A stretch of 64,000 nt of DNA from Podarcis pityusensis (lineage: Eukaryota). Of this stretch, positions 63,342 through 64,000 are shown one piece after another (the stretch's first letter is position 1; each line of letters begins with the position of its first letter). The notes beneath the pieces were generated by a model. The model was not told the origin of the DNA. It searched no databases and was given only the letters and a program-made list of their open reading frames with translations. The translations under genes were made by a program, and so were the position numbers. Location: NCBI GenBank assembly GCA_964106645.2, contig OZ067041.1. One strand, 5' to 3'.

Positions 63342-64000
63342 CAGTGGTGCCCCGCAAGACGAATGCCTCGCAAGACGAAAAACTCGCTAGACGAAAGGGT
63401 TTTTCGTTTTTTGAGCTGCTTCGCAAGACGAATTTCCCTATGGGCTTGCTTTGCAAGACGAAAACGTCTTGCAAGTTTGTTTCCTTTTTCGTAAAACCGT
63501 TAAAACCCAAGGTGCATTGCTTGAAGAGGTGCAGTTGCGACTTGACTTCGAGGAGCAACTCATAGCACGCGGTGTGGTAGCCTTTTTTGAGGTTTTTGAA
63601 GACTTTGGCGATTTTTGAAGCTTTTCCAAAACTTCTTTTGCAGCTATTTGGTAAGTTAAACTTTTAAAACTTTTTTGGGGGTTTTTGGATTTTGGGTTGG
63701 GGTGTTTGGAATTCAAGGACTTGGTGTTGGGGAGGGGGTTGCAAGAATCTGGGAGCTTGTGTGGTTTTTTTCTGCATTTTTATGATTTTCTGTGACCATT
63801 GGGCCATGTTGTTGTTTTTTTAAAAAAAATCTGGATTTGAATTTCTGTGTGGTGGGTGGCTGGGGGAACAGTTGAGGAGGGGTTTGCAAGAATCTGGGAG
63901 CTTGTGTGGTTTTTTCCTGCATTTTTATGATTTTCTGTGACCATTGGGCCATGTTGTGTTTTTTTAAAAAAAAATTCTGGGTTTGAATTTCTGTGTGATG
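63342..64000. mobile_element. One end of a Tc1/pogo-like DNA element, probably running off the window
   Basis: TA|CAGTGGTGCCCCGC terminus, five CGCAAGACGAA-like subterminal repeats plus one inverted copy, and retained CpGs. The other TIR is not visible. Confidence 0.7.
63736..64000. repeat. ~145-bp tandem repeat, at least 1.8 copies, cut by the window edge
   Basis: gcaagaatctgggagcttgtgtgg recurs at 63741 and 63886 with near-identical downstream sequence. Confidence 0.9.

Noticed and set aside
63307-63952. Overlapping short ORFs as a transposase
   Set aside because: They are translations of subterminal and tandem repeats with no HTH or DDE/DDD motifs.
1-64000. Prokaryotic or viral systems (operons, CRISPR, defence islands, prophage, endogenous viral genes)
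   Set aside because: The sequence is vertebrate non-coding DNA. There is no repeat-spacer array, and no ORF resembles a viral or bacterial protein.

Overview
This is eukaryotic, vertebrate DNA: AT-rich, CpG-depleted and full of microsatellites. The repeat content (Sauria/Squam1 SINEs, Squam3-type SINEs, young L2 LINEs, CR1 tails) points to a squamate, most likely a lacertid lizard. There is one 130-N scaffold gap. I found no host protein-coding gene, tRNA/rRNA gene, CRISPR array or prokaryotic system. Only two ORFs resemble real proteins, and both are retrotransposon remnants: an L2 reverse transcriptase C-terminal half (41526-42659, minus strand, one in-frame stop) and an RTE-X-like C-terminus with a CCHC knuckle (55193-56071, minus strand, perfect 12-bp TSD). 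The rest is intergenic or intronic sequence with SINEs, LINE tails, hAT and Tc1/pogo-type MITEs, two probable solo LTRs, several enhancer-like unique islands and a few unverified splice-site-bounded segments. The most unusual pattern is an old ~430-bp TAGGG-ended element: 4 of its ~7 copies carry younger retro-insertions, and one sits inside a three-level nested stack. Family names come from recognition by eye, not database searches. I cannot support a claim of a new biological system.
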